A DNA stretch of 64,000 nucleotides from Octopus sinensis (GCF_006345805.1 NC_042997.1:97526001-97590000); one strand, 5' to 3'; shown: positions 1-12,322, counted from the stretch's first letter. Notes: generated from the sequence alone by a model not told the origin. Numbers and translations: made by a program.

Positions 1-959
1 TAATTAATACCAGATACTGTAAAGTAAATTCCTTATTACTAGTCTAAATACAGAGGGACAGGAAAGGTGGGAGAGAAGGTATATATAGAATAAACAATAG
101 TGTGTGTATGTAGGTTTATGTACTAGTCTACACATTGTTGTCTACACCTCACACATGATATACAAAACGGTTACAGCCGTTTTGTTTATTTGTTGATTTT
201 TTTTTTTTTTTTAACTGAAATAGTACAAAAACATGAAGATAAAAATAGTTCAGTCTTTTAGAAACAGGTTTTAAAATATCAGACAGAGCAGAAAAATTAA
301 GGGATAGAATAGATTTTAAATTTTCAACCAAAGAAAAAGCGAACTTTCGGAACGGAATCGTTGTCCTACATAATGTCGGAAGTTTTTTTTCTCTGGATTT
401 TTCCCCATTTTATAGTATCTCACATTTCAGAACATTGAAACTGGAAAAGGGATAGGGACTTTTAAAAAAAAAAAAAACGTTTAGTTTAAATTCATGTTTT
501 TCAAACATTTTGTCATCGCCGTCGCACCCACCTCATCGTGCCTTCCGAACAGCAAGCACTTGCTATTCCGAAAGTCTGCCGAGAAGACAAAAAAATGGAG
601 TGACAGTTCACATTCATTCAATCTCGACACAGTATTCTACACCAAAGGAATGGGATAACAAAAAGCAACTGACTAGATTTCAAGTCATAAAACACAACGA
701 GGCCTGAGTTTTGAAGAAGCTGTCCCTTGAAGACCCTTATCTCACGGGAAAGCACAAGAAGGGAAGAAGTAAAATTAGAAGGGAAAATGAAAAAATTATT
801 TTCTGAATCGTAATTTCCGTTGTGTGAAAGCACACACACACAAGAAAAAAAGGAGAATAAAACTACTCTTTTCCCTTCTGTGAGGTATAGGACCGCCCTG
901 ACCCCAAATGCTTCCAACAGAAAGGATTCCACTAAAAGGGATCAAAGGGTCAGGTGTGG

Positions 960-1360
960 TTTTAAACTTGGGTGACAGCTGTTGTCATCCGCAACTATAA
1001 AAGATATAAGGAACAGAGGCAGCATTCAATAACTTGTTCGTGGTCGTTGCAGAACGTAACTTTTTATAAATAAAATCTACATTATCCTAATTGATATTAT
1101 TATGTCTGAGTTAAAAAAAAAAAATAAAAGCCCAACGTAATCCAGATCAAGTGTTCAGAAAAGAAAGCATTAAGTGTTCCAGATGATATTCTGCAGAGTT
1201 ACTTTTATATCATGTTGCACACCGAACTGAAGAGGAGAGCAGCACAGAAAGCAAGAGTCCCAATGGGTCTTAACTCTCCTATAACATGCCTCTACTGTAA
1301 CCGTAGATTTTGTGCTAATATTGACCTAATAAGCCACCTGAGGATCCATAAAAAATGGCT
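960..1360 (+). mobile_element. Decayed RTE-clade LINE 3' end with C-terminal C2H2 zinc finger
   Basis: ORF 1212-1424 reads KRRAAQKARV...CLYCNRRFCANIDLISHLRIH, like the RTE ORF2 terminus; a KRYKE remnant lies near 1000. Confidence 0.7.
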
Positions 1361-1894
1361 TAGAAAGACGTATTTTTTCTTTCTGAGTAATATAATTTTG
1401 AAGAATTCATCAAGATATTCTTAATCAGGACGAGCATATCTCTGCAAATTTTCATTTAAAATATGCAGTTTTTAAAAAAAGAGTTATGGGTAAAATAATG
1501 TCGGAGAAGAGCACTGAACTGCAATTATACCTTAACTGAATTCGTAGCAAGTGCTTTGTTATGCATTACATGTATATAAAAATGCGCCCTTCACCCCACC
1601 CCTAAGTGGTCGTTCAAACAGTTAGAAATAACAGCTAATTTTTTTTTTAACATTCGGGATTATGAGTCTTCAAAAATATGCGTAACTTTTTAAATAGTAG
1701 ATATGAAAAGTTCTGAAAAAAAAGTCGAAACTGAAAGATTACGGGAAAAAGGAGGCAGATAGTCTAAACCAACTACAGAGTCGAATTATATTTGGCAAAA
1801 TCGTAATCTACAATGCTTAAAATATACATAACCAAAGGACTTGCGATTTTTGGCGCACTATAATTCCCGACTCAACTGAAACGTCATGGGCGCT

Positions 1895-1962
1895 TTAGCA
1901 TAGGACAGAGCAGTCACGGTTGGGACCCCGCTGGTAGGTCTGCTCAACCAGGGCATGCATTC
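1895..1962 (-). CDS. Candidate terminal coding exon (GMHALVEQTYQRGPNRDCSVLC*)
   Basis: Acceptor CTTGTTACCCCCCAG|GA is phase-compatible with the phase-1 donor at 2229; a weaker alternative acceptor at 1979 gives VLVTPQEC...REL* ending at 1858. Confidence 0.45.
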
Positions 1963-2228
1963 CTGGGGGGTAACAAGTACTGACATATTAATTGCCAAAA
2001 TTTGGCAATCTTTCGTTTGTAGTAGATTGCCGTAAATTTTATAACAACCTTTCGTTGTTGTCCATGCCAACACGAATTTTGCTTTTTCTATTCATTATAT
2101 ACGATAAATGAGTGACACATTAAGTCATACTAGCTTTTATAAAAATAACACAAGGGCTATAGATTAACAAATGTCGATAAGAGTTAAGACTTCCATAATG
2201 GTTCACTTCAATCTAAATAAAAACATAC

Positions 2229-2790
2229 CAACCCAAACGTAAGAATGATTTTCTTTATTAGAAGCTGCTATCCGTTCAAAGTTTTTTCGTAGCCGAAAGA
2301 CCGAGTGGCATTTATTCTTTTCGTTGTTATCAGAAATGTTGAATTCAAATTCGCAATCGGAGCCGACATGGCCAGCGATAGATGTCAGACAAGAATCCTT
2401 ACAGTTGCTGAGCGTGTAAAAAACGGAAGAGCCATCAGTTAACTGTAAGGATGGCGGATAATTAGTGGTTATTGATAGAGGTTTGATAGTGAAATTTGGT
2501 CTATGGAGTGACGGATGTTGAGGACAATCAGAAAGACGTTTAGCCTTTGGTGAACAGTTCTTACGTTGTGTTGGGATGCAAACAAAGCTGGAACAAGATG
2601 TATCAACCTCTGTGATATCAGACTGAGTAGAGAGTGACCAGGAAAGGCTGTCAAAAGGTACTCGAGCACCGACTCGTATCGGTGAAGAAGCAACAGGAGT
2701 GAAAGAGCGCATGCAAGTCTTTCGTTCTGAGTTGTAATCATAATCGTTGTCATCATAGAAGCTGTCATTTAACATCTTTAACAAATTCAT
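2229..2790 (-). CDS. Main coding exon of an uncharacterised Ser/Thr/Pro-rich protein (spliced product about 209 aa)
   Basis: Long non-repetitive ORF; pyrimidine-rich acceptor ending TTTCTAG just 2 nt before the ATG (exon starts 2792); canonical donor G|GTATGT at 2229/2228. Confidence 0.6.
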
Positions 2791-3518
2791 AGCTAGAAAT
2801 GTTTAAGGTTTTAGGAAGAGAAAAAGAGCTATTGCAAAATGTTCAGCGCTCAATTCGAGAATAAGAATGTAATAATAATCGTCGTCGATTCAAATTATGA
2901 AATCAGGCAACGTTGAATAGACAAAAAAGAAAAATGTATAAAAAAATATTTACTAATGTTTAGAAATGATAAATATAGAAAAAATAATATAGTTAGAAAA
3001 AAAAATACAATTAGTTGCAGAAACAAAATTTTATGAAACAATTTACCAAATTCAATTAGATGAGTAAATAAAAAAAAAATTACAAAGAAAAAATGTCTAT
3101 GTTTAACCAAATGATAGGAACAAAGTATGACAATATTTAAAGCTGAATATTAATAAATAAATAGACTAAAACTAGTAAATTATTAGTAAACTTGCATGAA
3201 CATCAACTTCCAACTTTCCGAAAAAATGTTTCCAAAAAAGAAGGAAATATGTCAAGCAAAAACGTAAGCAAACATTTAAAAACTGTTAAATTTTAAAATT
3301 TAAAGTATTTAAAATAAGGAAAAGGTACTTATAAAAGTGGGATAGTTAAAAGTAGTGAAATTAAATAAAATATGTACAATATATACATATAATATTGACA
3401 GCCAGAGAAAGCGTGAACGAGTGAGTGAGATGCATTAACACAGAAACAATGACTTATGGCCCATCATAATTTATATTCACGGCAATATCTTTTTTGCATA
3501 TTATATTTTCTAACTTAC

Positions 3519-3600
3519 CCGTGTTTCTTCATCCATGGTGTTATGTATCGAGACTGAACTCGAATACCTTTAGCCGATTTGTGTTGAATAATAAATAACA
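3519..3600 (-). other. Candidate upstream exon of the same gene (5' boundary unknown)
   Basis: CACCATGGATGAAGAAACACGG|GTAAGT: strong ATG context at 3536 and a perfect donor at 3518. Confidence 0.35.
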
Positions 3601-4454
3601 ATCACAAGAGGTATATTTGAATATAATTAAGTTCGAGATAAACAATTAACTTGCAGGACACTAGTAAAATATACTTGTAATTATCTAATTCAAACTTAGC
3701 GCCGGTTGATAGTGTGGCCGACGGAAAATGTGATTCGGTAGTTTCCGGAGTTAACCGAAATTTTCGCTAACCTATTTAATACGAACAAAGAGCGATTAAA
3801 TAAACTTGAGTGATTAAAAATACATTTTTTTTAAAAAGTAACTTGCTTAAAAATTCCTGTTTGAATTTTTAAATAGAATCTATTGAAAGTGGATATTTCC
3901 GAAATAAAAAGTCGCTAATTCTCGGCGATGTCCGCCAGTTAGCTATTTGAAAACACTTTGTTGACGGTTGTTATTTTGTCACGTGTAAGGAAGTTGTCTG
4001 ATACTAGCCTACCACCTATGATTAAAAACAATCGAACCGTGAACACTCGCCTTTTTCTTATGTGTAGAGAACTCAGGACCAAAGTATCTATATCTCCTTT
4101 TGTAAGAGGATGAGGTCTTATTTGAGGGAGATTTGGGTTCTATTCCTAGCGGTAGCAACCCTTTCGCTTGCGAATGAAGTCGTAATAGAGGAGTATGTTT
4201 GTGTTTTTCTCCTTTTGAGTAATTGAACAGCTGATATTAATGCCGAATTTAAAATGTTAGATTTAAGTCACATATACGCATATATATGTGACTTGAATTT
4301 TAATCTTAGCAAATTTGGACTTCGTAAAACTTTATTGAATCACAGTTTAATTGCAAGGAAACAAAGAAAAAGAAAAAAAAATAGGTGTGATGGGGTGGGT
4401 GGCAGAAAGTGGAGGGGGAATGGGTAACGCATCCCAGAATTACTGGTGTGCTCA

Positions 4455-4650
4455 GCCGCCCCCTGCGGTGATGACCGCGATGACGTTGCTGCGGAGAATG
4501 GCCAACGACACTTGCTGCAGCAGCCAATCCACCTCGCGGGGCTCATCTCTCAGTCGGGCCACTGTTATCCTGATTTTGCGGAGGAAATGGGTAGTGCAGG
4601 GTCTGTGTACACATGAAGTCTCAATGGCGACTGGCACAGACTGATAGCGG
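4455..4650 (-). mobile_element. CRE-like non-LTR retrotransposon C-terminal (restriction-like endonuclease) remnant
   Basis: RYQSVPVAIETS...FLRKI...DEPREVDWLLQQVSLAILRSN resembles the CRE-type PVAVET...F...RE..L.Q.S.A..RGN terminus. Confidence 0.65.
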
Positions 4651-4713
4651 CCTGTCAGACTTATATACTTATTTATTTCCATCTCTTCTGTGTTACGGGC
4701 GGCAATATCCGAG

Positions 4714-4929
4714 GGTACTACTTAAGAAGAGTGGTCCCGGTGTGCGCATCCGCGCTACCTAGTCGTGACTAGTCGATCCTTACTTTATGTTTTTGTATTT
4801 TATTTACTTTGTTTTAAAAAAAATATTTATTTTGTGTTTTATTTACTTTGCTAGGTAGTCGTAGGATCGACTAGTCACGACTAGGTAATGCGAGTGCGCG
4901 CACCGGGACCACTCTTCTTAAGTAGTACC
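4714..4929. mobile_element. Merlin-like MITE (216 bp)
   Basis: About 67-bp TIRs starting GGTAC, AT-rich spacer, perfect 8-bp TSD TATCCGAG (4706-4713 and 4930-4937). Confidence 0.8.
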
Positions 4930-5630
4930 TATCCGAGTTTGCAGCCAATGCAGCAAGGTTGGAGCCGGAGAATTTGTTGCTGCACGTCGCGTCCCAGACT
5001 GGCAAGTTGCCTCCCTCGAATGGGAATTTCTTCAGGGTGCTTACCGTCCACGCTGTCAAGGCCTACTGGTTCCAGCTGAGACGGGAAGCCGGTTTATTAT
5101 GTCATTCAGAGTGGAGTGTCGGGGGAATCGGCCCGCGCTATGGTTGCAGGATAATGGATGCAGGTCGAATTCATCGAGTACCACACCTCAACGGCATTTG
5201 TGTGGCTCACACACGCGGAGACTAAGGTGTTGGGCCACTCCGATACAAGTGTACCCATCATCTAGAAAAGTACCGGTGGATGAATAGGGCTTCGTATTGA
5301 GCTATGCGCTGTTGTTTAGCTGCGAAGTGGAATGGAGGTAAGCAAGGTGGTGCTGGTCAAATGATGTCTCATCCACCCGAAGGCAGACTTGCCTCTCATG
5401 TCATCCCAGTTACATTGGACAACTGTTTTCTGGGTGGGGTGGGGTAGAGCAAGGCCTTCAGCAGTCCCATCGGCTCGGGCCAACTCCAGTTCTTGGGTCA
5501 CATCTGGTTCGACATCTGTGGACTATCTCGCAGTTGAGGCTGAGGGAAAATAGGCCGGTAGATCCAGGTTCCATGCAGACCAAAGCCGCCGAATCTAACA
5601 CGTCACAAAAGTCGGGGGGGGGGGGCACAT
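4930..5630 (+). mobile_element. GC-rich degenerate segment, possibly an LTR-retrotransposon internal remnant
   Basis: GC content above flanks; G-run at about 5613-5626 resembles a polypurine tract; no clear protein motif. Confidence 0.25.
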
Positions 5631-5914
5631 TTGTGTAAGTATGCCCATAATCTTACATTGGGGTTTGTAATGATATACAATTATTTAGAAAACAACCAAT
5701 TCAGGAAGCCATACACAAGTTTTGTTAACGTTAACATATTTAATGTTGGAAGCAATAGAAAGCCGACTAGAAATAATTATTCGGCGAGTAAAAATAAATC
5801 TAGTTAATGTATAACACCCAGCTCTCATAGAGACCAGATATTTTTCGACTGCATTTTTCTGGCTGGTGAATGAAGGTAATATCCAGATGATGATCTTCAT
5901 TTGTCTTTTATTTG

Positions 5915-6290
5915 TTTCAGTTTGTGGATTGCGGTCATGCTAGGGCACCGTCTTGAAGGGTTTTGTCGAACAAATCGACCTACCATTTTTTTAAAAGTCT
6001 AATTCTGAATTTGTCAGTCTCATTTGATGAAGCGCCAATTTACGGGGGTGTAAGCAATCCGACAGCGGTCATCAAACAATGGTGAGGGACAGACAACACA
6101 CACACTCACGGATATATACGATGTGCTTCTTCACAGTTTTCACCTAGCAAATTTACTCACAAGGAATTGGTCGACCCGGGGTTATGGGAGAAGACGCTTG
6201 CCCAAAGTGTCATGCAACGGGATTGAACCCGAAACCATATGGTTACAAAGCGAGCTTCTTGACAATACAGTCACACATGCGCCTATAAAT
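5915..6290 (-). mobile_element. CORE-type tRNA SINE, degenerate
   Basis: Reverse-strand match to the intact copies at 21552 and 39444. Confidence 0.75.
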
Positions 6291-6544
6291 ATAATGAAGT
6301 AAGAAAGAAAGAAAGAAAGAAATGGGAAAAGTAGTCTCTCATTGTACGGCTGAGAAAAGGAGGTGCACATTTTAGGTCTGGCTTAGGGCATGAATACCCT
6401 GGTGCCGGCTCTGCAAACAAAACGAAATGGTTAAGTGCAGAATGTCAATCATTATTGATCCGCTTGAGTAGAGTTTACCTCGGATTAAACAAGAACTTTG
6501 TAGAAGAAGGAAGTTGAGTGATTCAGTGGCAATATTGCTGCTTC

Positions 6545-6710
6545 GCAATGCGGCAAACTGGCACGCCGGACAAAATGCTTAGCACTGTTTCGTTCATTTT
6601 TACGTTATGAGTTCAAATTCTGCTGAGGTCGACAAGATAAGAACCAGTTAATGTAATCGACTGTTCCCTTCCCCCGAAATTGCTGGCCTTGTGCCAAAAA
6701 TTTGAAAACA
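6545..6710 (+). mobile_element. Meta-like SINE with variant tail, degenerate
   Basis: gagttcaaattctgctgaggtcgac...aaattgctggccttgtgccaaaa. Confidence 0.7.
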
Positions 6711-6884
6711 GGACTGATGTTTCGTAGCTCCTCTGTGAAAGGTGAGAACATAGAAGGTTCTCGGATCCTGCGAAAGGTACCTAAGGTCGACAGGTTAAGT
6801 CTAGTGTTTAGATAAGAAGCTAACATAACAGTTATGACGACCATATGATCTTTGGAAAAGAATGACTATTTCCTCTAACTAAAA

Positions 6885-7120
6885 CAGTAGTTCTCAACCA
6901 GTTTTTATATATGGGCCCCTTTCATTCCTATTTTATCCGAGTGGACCCTTATAACCAGTCAATGTTTAAAAATTCTACTATACTTTTTATAATTGAATAT
7001 TATTAGGAATTGTATAGAAAAAATGTTGAAATATTTTGCGTGTTGTAGAAGTATAACCGATTTTATTGCACATAAATTTTAACAACAAAATCTTATATGG
7101 ACCTCAGTTGAGTACCACTA
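6885..7120. mobile_element. hAT (Charlie-like) MITE
   Basis: Ends CAGTAGTTCTCAACC and AGTTGAGTACCACTA; same family as 40116-41050. Confidence 0.75.
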
Positions 7121-7334
7121 GTTTAAAATATGTCGTTTTGTTTAATTAAAAGTAACCTTCGCATTTTCATGAATAATAAACGCTTTACGGAGTTTGCTCC
7201 CTTGAATCAGTACATCCACAATACATTTCAACATTTATTTTCACTAATTGCCTTTAACAATAATATCAATAAATGAATTATGTTGCGAGCTGATTTATCT
7301 GCTCTTCCATTATAGAAATTATATTTCACGTTTG

Positions 7335-7713
7335 TGTGGAGGCGCAATGGCCCAGTGGTTAGGGCAGCGGACTCGCGGTCATAGGATCGCGATTTCGATT
7401 CCCAGACCGGGCGTTGTGAGTGTTTATTGAGCGAAAACACCTAAAGCTCCACGAGGCTTCGGCAGGGGATGGTGGTGATCCCGGCTGTACTCTTTCACCA
7501 CAACTTTCTCTCACTCTTACTTCCTGTTGTACCTGTATTTCAAAGGGCCGGCCTTGTCACTCTCTGTGTCACGCTGAATATCCCCGAGAACTACGTTAAG
7601 GGTACACGTGTCTGTGGAGTGCTCAGCCACTTACACGTTAATTTCACGAGCAGGCTGTTCCGTTGATTCGGATCAACCGGAACCCTCGTCGTCGTAACCG
7701 ACGGAGCGCTTCC
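7335..7713 (+). mobile_element. Full-length tRNA-headed SINE (OK-like type)
   Basis: A box TGGCCCAGTGG, B-box-like TTCGATTCC, 12-bp TSD TATATTTCACGT (7320-7331 and 7714-7725). Confidence 0.9.
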
Positions 7714-7882
7714 TATATTTCACGTCCACATGTTCTTGTGAGTGTTGTCGCCCCTACACAGCAGATATTTTGGGTATTGTTTCTATCCCAGAAATAACTA
7801 TTAGAAATCGCTCTAGTCAAATTGCTAACCATTTTGATTTTCATTCTGGTAGAGTAGGTTCATTTCAGTGATACTGCAAATA

Positions 7883-8118
7883 CCTATTTCTTTACTACCC
7901 ACAAGAGGCTAAACACAGAGGGGACAAACAAGGACAGACAAACGGATTAAGTCGATTATATCGACTCCAGTGTGTAACTGGTACTTATTTAATCGACCCC
8001 GAAAGGATGAAAGGCAAAGTCGACCTCGGCGGAATTTGAACTCAGAACGCAACGGCAAACGAAATACGGCTACGCGTTTCGCCCGGCGTGTTAACGTTTC
8101 TGCCAGCTCGCCGCCTTA
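7883..8118 (-). mobile_element. Full-length Meta-like tRNA SINE
   Basis: Family consensus; TSD TGATACTG(C/A)AAATA. Confidence 0.9.
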
Positions 8119-8369
8119 AATACTGATACTGAAAATACCGTCCAAGGAAAGGCATCAAAGTGACAACATCCCTTATCTCTATTTCCTACTACCTTTTTGT
8201 GATTGGTGCAGTGAAAAGTATCCGAGAATTCTTTTGAAATTAGCGATCTAAGGAAACTTCATTTCACATACGTCTATAACAGGTAACTGTATACCAAGTA
8301 CAATACTTACTATTTTAACCATATTTTCTAAAAAAAAAATCCTTTTCCAGATTAAGATATGAAGAGAAC

Positions 8370-9160
8370 ACTGTGTTATCAGTGAGCCGAAACTTGACTG
8401 ATGCACCAAGGTCCAATATAATCTCAGTACATAAATCCTTATCTTCTTTCGAAAATATTTCTATGAAAATTTAACGAAGGAGGTGCTAATCCACCTAAAC
8501 CAGGCGCCTTACCATTGTCCCACAACTCTTTGATGGAATTTATTGAGAATTTCGGACTTTGCACAACCCATCTCTCTACAGGCCTGGTCATAGTTGATTT
8601 CTTCCAGAAGGAAGAGAACGAAAGAAAGAAAGAGTTAGAGAAAGAATCGATCCCAGTACACGAGTGGCCCTTTATCGATTCCGACAGGATAAAAGGCAAA
8701 GCTTACCTCGGCGGTATTTGAACCTAGAACACAAAACGATTAGTTCATAGCGCACTATGCTGATTGGCCACCTACACGATTAAAATAACTAGTGTGTGTG
8801 TGTGTTCAAAATATGTAAAGCGGAGCATTTATGGAAAGCCATTCCTTGAGACTAAAAAAACCAGTAGGCAACCTTGTCTAGTTTTCCTCATTTTTACAAC
8901 AGAGAGTTCCCATTTCTGATCTCCAGCATCTCAAGCCATCATTCATGTATTGAAAAGAAATGGAAGAACTTCACGACGGGCAACAGAATTGTCTGAGAGT
9001 ATGCCATAAAAGTTCCCTCTTTACAATATCAAAAGCCTTTAACAGATCCACAAATGCAATGAAAGTGTTGCTCCATGCTCTTCTTCTGAAGATGCTTTGC
9101 GTTGAATTATGCGGAACGTGTTTCGGTCCCTGCAAAATGCACGATGTGATGCTGGTGTGA
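8370..9160 (-). mobile_element. Decayed RTE reverse transcriptase fragment, interrupted by a SINE piece at 8645-8735
   Basis: FIAFVDLLKAFDIVKRELLWHTLRQF, TRQGCLL, QACREMG..KSEIL and SSFGSL in collinear order. Confidence 0.75.
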
Positions 9161-9184
9161 TGTTTTATAATAATCTTTTCTACT

Positions 9185-9932
9185 CTAGGTACAAGGCCCG
9201 AAATTTTGGAGGAGAGGGCCAGTCGATTAGATCGATCCCAGTACGCAACTGGTACTTAACTTATCGACCCCGAAAGGATGAAAGGCAAAGTCGGAATTTG
9301 AACTCAGAACGTAAAGGCAGCATTTCGTACAGCGTGCTAACTTTTCTTATTTCTTTATTGCCCACAAGGGGCTAAACATAGAGGAGACAAACAAGGACAG
9401 ACAAAGTGGTTAAGTCGATTACATCGATCCCAGTGCGTAACGGGTACTTGATTTATCGACACCGAAAGGATGAAAGGCAAAGTCGACCTCGGTGGAATTT
9501 GAACTCAGAACGTAACGGCAGACGAAATACCTATTTCTTTACTACCCACAAGGGGCTAAACACAGAGAGGACAAACAAGGACAGACAAACGGATTAAGTC
9601 GATTACATCGACCCCAGTGTGTAATTGGTACTTATTTAATCGACCCCAAAAGTCGACCTCGGCGGAATTTGAACTCAGAACGTAGCTGCAGACGGAATAC
9701 CTATTTCTTTACTACCCACAAGGGGCTAAACACAGAGGGGACAAACAAGGACAGACAAACGGAATAAGTCGATTACATCGACCCCAGTGCGTAACTGGTA
9801 CTTAATTTATCGACCTCGAAAGGATGAAAGGCAAAGTCGACCTCGGCGGAATTTGAACTCAGAACGTAACGGCAGACGAAGTACGGCTACGCATTTCGCC
9901 CGACGTGCTAGCGAATCTGCCAGCTCGCCGTC
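9185..9932 (-). mobile_element. Head-to-tail array of four Meta-like SINE units
   Basis: One complete head at about 9932; identical junctions at 9530/9531 and 9700/9701. Confidence 0.9.
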
Positions 9933-10084
9933 TGATGTTTTATATTGTACTATTGCCTAGGTCAATCTTATAAGCATGATTTTAGTTGGAATTTTCTTGG
10001 CCATAGATAACAGTGCTATGTAGCCCTACTGTTCAAGCACGTAAATTTACCCCCCCCCTTCTTTTTGTATACGATAAGAGCTCC

Positions 10085-10290
10085 GAGAAAATGCTTGATG
10101 GCAATTCTTCCGCCTCTTTTTATTCTGAGTTCAAATCCCACTGAGGTCAACTTTAGCTTTCACCCCACCCCCCACCACCACCATCCGAGGTCGATCAAAA
10201 TAAAGTACCAGTCAAGTACTAAAGCCGATCTAATCGATTACCCCTCCCCTCAAAATTGTTGCCCTTCTGCCTAAATTAGAAACAATTGAA
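10085..10290 (+). mobile_element. Degenerate Meta-like SINE with variant tail
   Basis: ctgagttcaaatcccactgaggtcaac...gaggtcgatcaaaataaagtaccag. Confidence 0.65.
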
Positions 10291-10959
10291 AGCGTTGGAA
10301 AAATTGTTTTGTGATATTTCTTTCGGTTCTTTACATTCTGAGTTCACATCTCACCGAAATCAATTCTTACTTGTTTCCCTCCGAGGTCGACAGAGTAAAG
10401 TACTTGTCACATACTAATGTCGATACATCAAACAACTCATAATCTTTAAAAATCCTTAAACTGTTGAATTAGTTTCCGTTGGGTCGCTTGTTATCTATTC
10501 TGTTTATTTGCACTTTTTGGAATTTTGGTGTTTTGATGAAATTTTTTCACACTTGCTCCCCCCACCCCAAGTTACATAAGTTTAAAGTTTGATCATTTTT
10601 ATCCAGCCAGAAAACCGGATTCGGAAGCTGTCATTTTGTGCGTGACCTCGCGTGTTCTCAACATTGCAACGATAGCATGTGTTTTAATATCAAAGTGTAA
10701 AACAAATGAAATATTCGCGGAATTCTGCTTACCGCACGCCATATAATCCCTCATAACTTCTTTATTTTTTGGAATTTTCAGAAAATGTCTGCGACTTTCG
10801 GTTGGCTAAAATTACCCTAAATTTGTAAACTTAAAAGCTATTAACTCTGTAGTTATTAATTAGTGGTGAAAATGAATTTCATATCAATAATTATCATACA
10901 AAACTACATTTGTACACCAAATATGAATCAAGTGGAACAAAATTGAAGAAATTGAAAAC

Positions 10960-11260
10960 TGACAACCAAACAGAAAAAAGACCTGGGCGTTTTCCAAAAA
11001 ACAAGTCTGTCATGTAGCATCTGTTTAGGGATTCTCCTAGCATTCATTCGAATAAGGAGTCCTTGTATGTTGGTCGTCGTATTGAAATGAAGTCGTTTGT
11101 TTATTTTCACTATTGTTATCCTTGCAGTTTCTAGCTTCTGTGTCGCAAAGACGCAGACTCGTGGCTCAAGATTTCTAGCCTGCGCGTAAACGCCGTCCAC
11201 CGCAATTGCAGGCCACTCGCGTACTAAAAAAAATTCCAATTGTATGATGATACGAACCAT
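10960..11260 (-). mobile_element. RTE LINE ORF2 post-RT fragment
   Basis: LLIRMNARRIPKQMLHDRL resembles RTE HLVRM.D.RIPKQLLYGEL. Confidence 0.65.
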
Positions 11261-11344
11261 AGAGTTTATCTTTGAAGAGACCGTGAGAAAGTGTTTGTGA
11301 AAGTGTTGGTGAAAACGTGTCAGCGTGAGTTTACAAGTAAAATC

Positions 11345-11535
11345 ATGAAACTCACGACTTTATCGTGATACTTGGCAAGGTAGCATACATATATACATAC
11401 ATTCTTTCCTTCCCTGAGCGTCTGCTATTACTTTACATGTACCACGTCTTCGCGTTGTTATTTTTTGTGTGTTTGTTCTTCTTTTTGGATTTACTACATA
11501 CATACATACATACATACATACATACATACATACAT
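11345..11535. repeat. Short interspersed repeat ending in (TACA)n, related to 60045-60230
   Basis: ccacgtcttcgcgttgttatttt...ttggatttacta matches ccacgtcctcgcattgttgatttt...ttggattcacta. Confidence 0.5.
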
Positions 11536-11847
11536 TCGCCTTCACAATTTCGACAGATTAAAGACAATTTTTTTTTTTTCAAGTATGAATGAATTTACCC
11601 ACGCAAATACGATTGCAAACACATGGCATTGTTGAAAATAGATATGAAAATGGACTTCGTGACAGTTAACATGTGCGGAGACAATGATTTCAACATTAAG
11701 AATCAAAGGCCTCCCTTTTAGTGACCTCGCTCTATAAATACATGTAAATTTTATCTCCATAGATATGTATTTATTCATACATATGTGTAATTATAAAATA
11801 AATAAATACGCGTATAACGACTAGTGCGCACGGCGCATAGTGTGTAC

Positions 11848-11895
<48 letters not shown>

Positions 11896-12088
11896 TACAC
11901 TCATCTGTAACATAGTATACAATATATATTACATTAGATTGTATTTCATGATCATCATCATCATCGTCGTCGGTTTACATTTTATTGTAAAAAAAAAAAA
12001 ATAACATAATTTACAAGCATGTAAAACCTGGTAGGTTTACAACGCTTTTGCTAGTTGGTTTAGTTTAAGGTGCATACGTACGGGGAAA

Positions 12089-12322
12089 GGCGGCGAGCTG
12101 GCAGAAACGGTAGCACGCTGGGCGAAATGCTTAGCAGTATTTCGGCTGCCCTTACGTTGTGAGTTCAAATTCCGTCGAGGTCGACTTTGCCTTTCATCCT
12201 TTTGAGGTCGATAAATTAAGTACCAGTTACGCACTGGGGTCGATGTAATCGACTTAATTCCTTTGTCTGACCTTGTTTGTCCCCTCTGTATTTAGCCCCT
12301 TTTGGGTAGTAAAGAAATAGGT
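12089..12322 (+). mobile_element. Full-length Meta-like SINE
   Basis: Consensus head and tail; about 19-bp TSD AGGTGCATACGTAC(G/A)GGGA. Confidence 0.9.

Noticed and set aside
1212-1424. C2H2 zinc-finger gene
   Set aside because: A single finger preceded by KRRAAQKAR is the typical RTE ORF2 C-terminus.
7335-7410. tRNA genes at SINE heads (also 20607, 21552, 24700)
   Set aside because: No complete cloverleaf or acceptor stem; each continues into a repeat body.
8513-8600. Apparent 88-nt minus-strand exon with branch point, pyrimidine tract and GTAAGG donor, phase-compatible with the exon at 2792
   Set aside because: One frame (QACREMG..KSEIL) is collinear with flanking RTE reverse-transcriptase motifs, so it is better explained as LINE decay; exonisation is not excluded.
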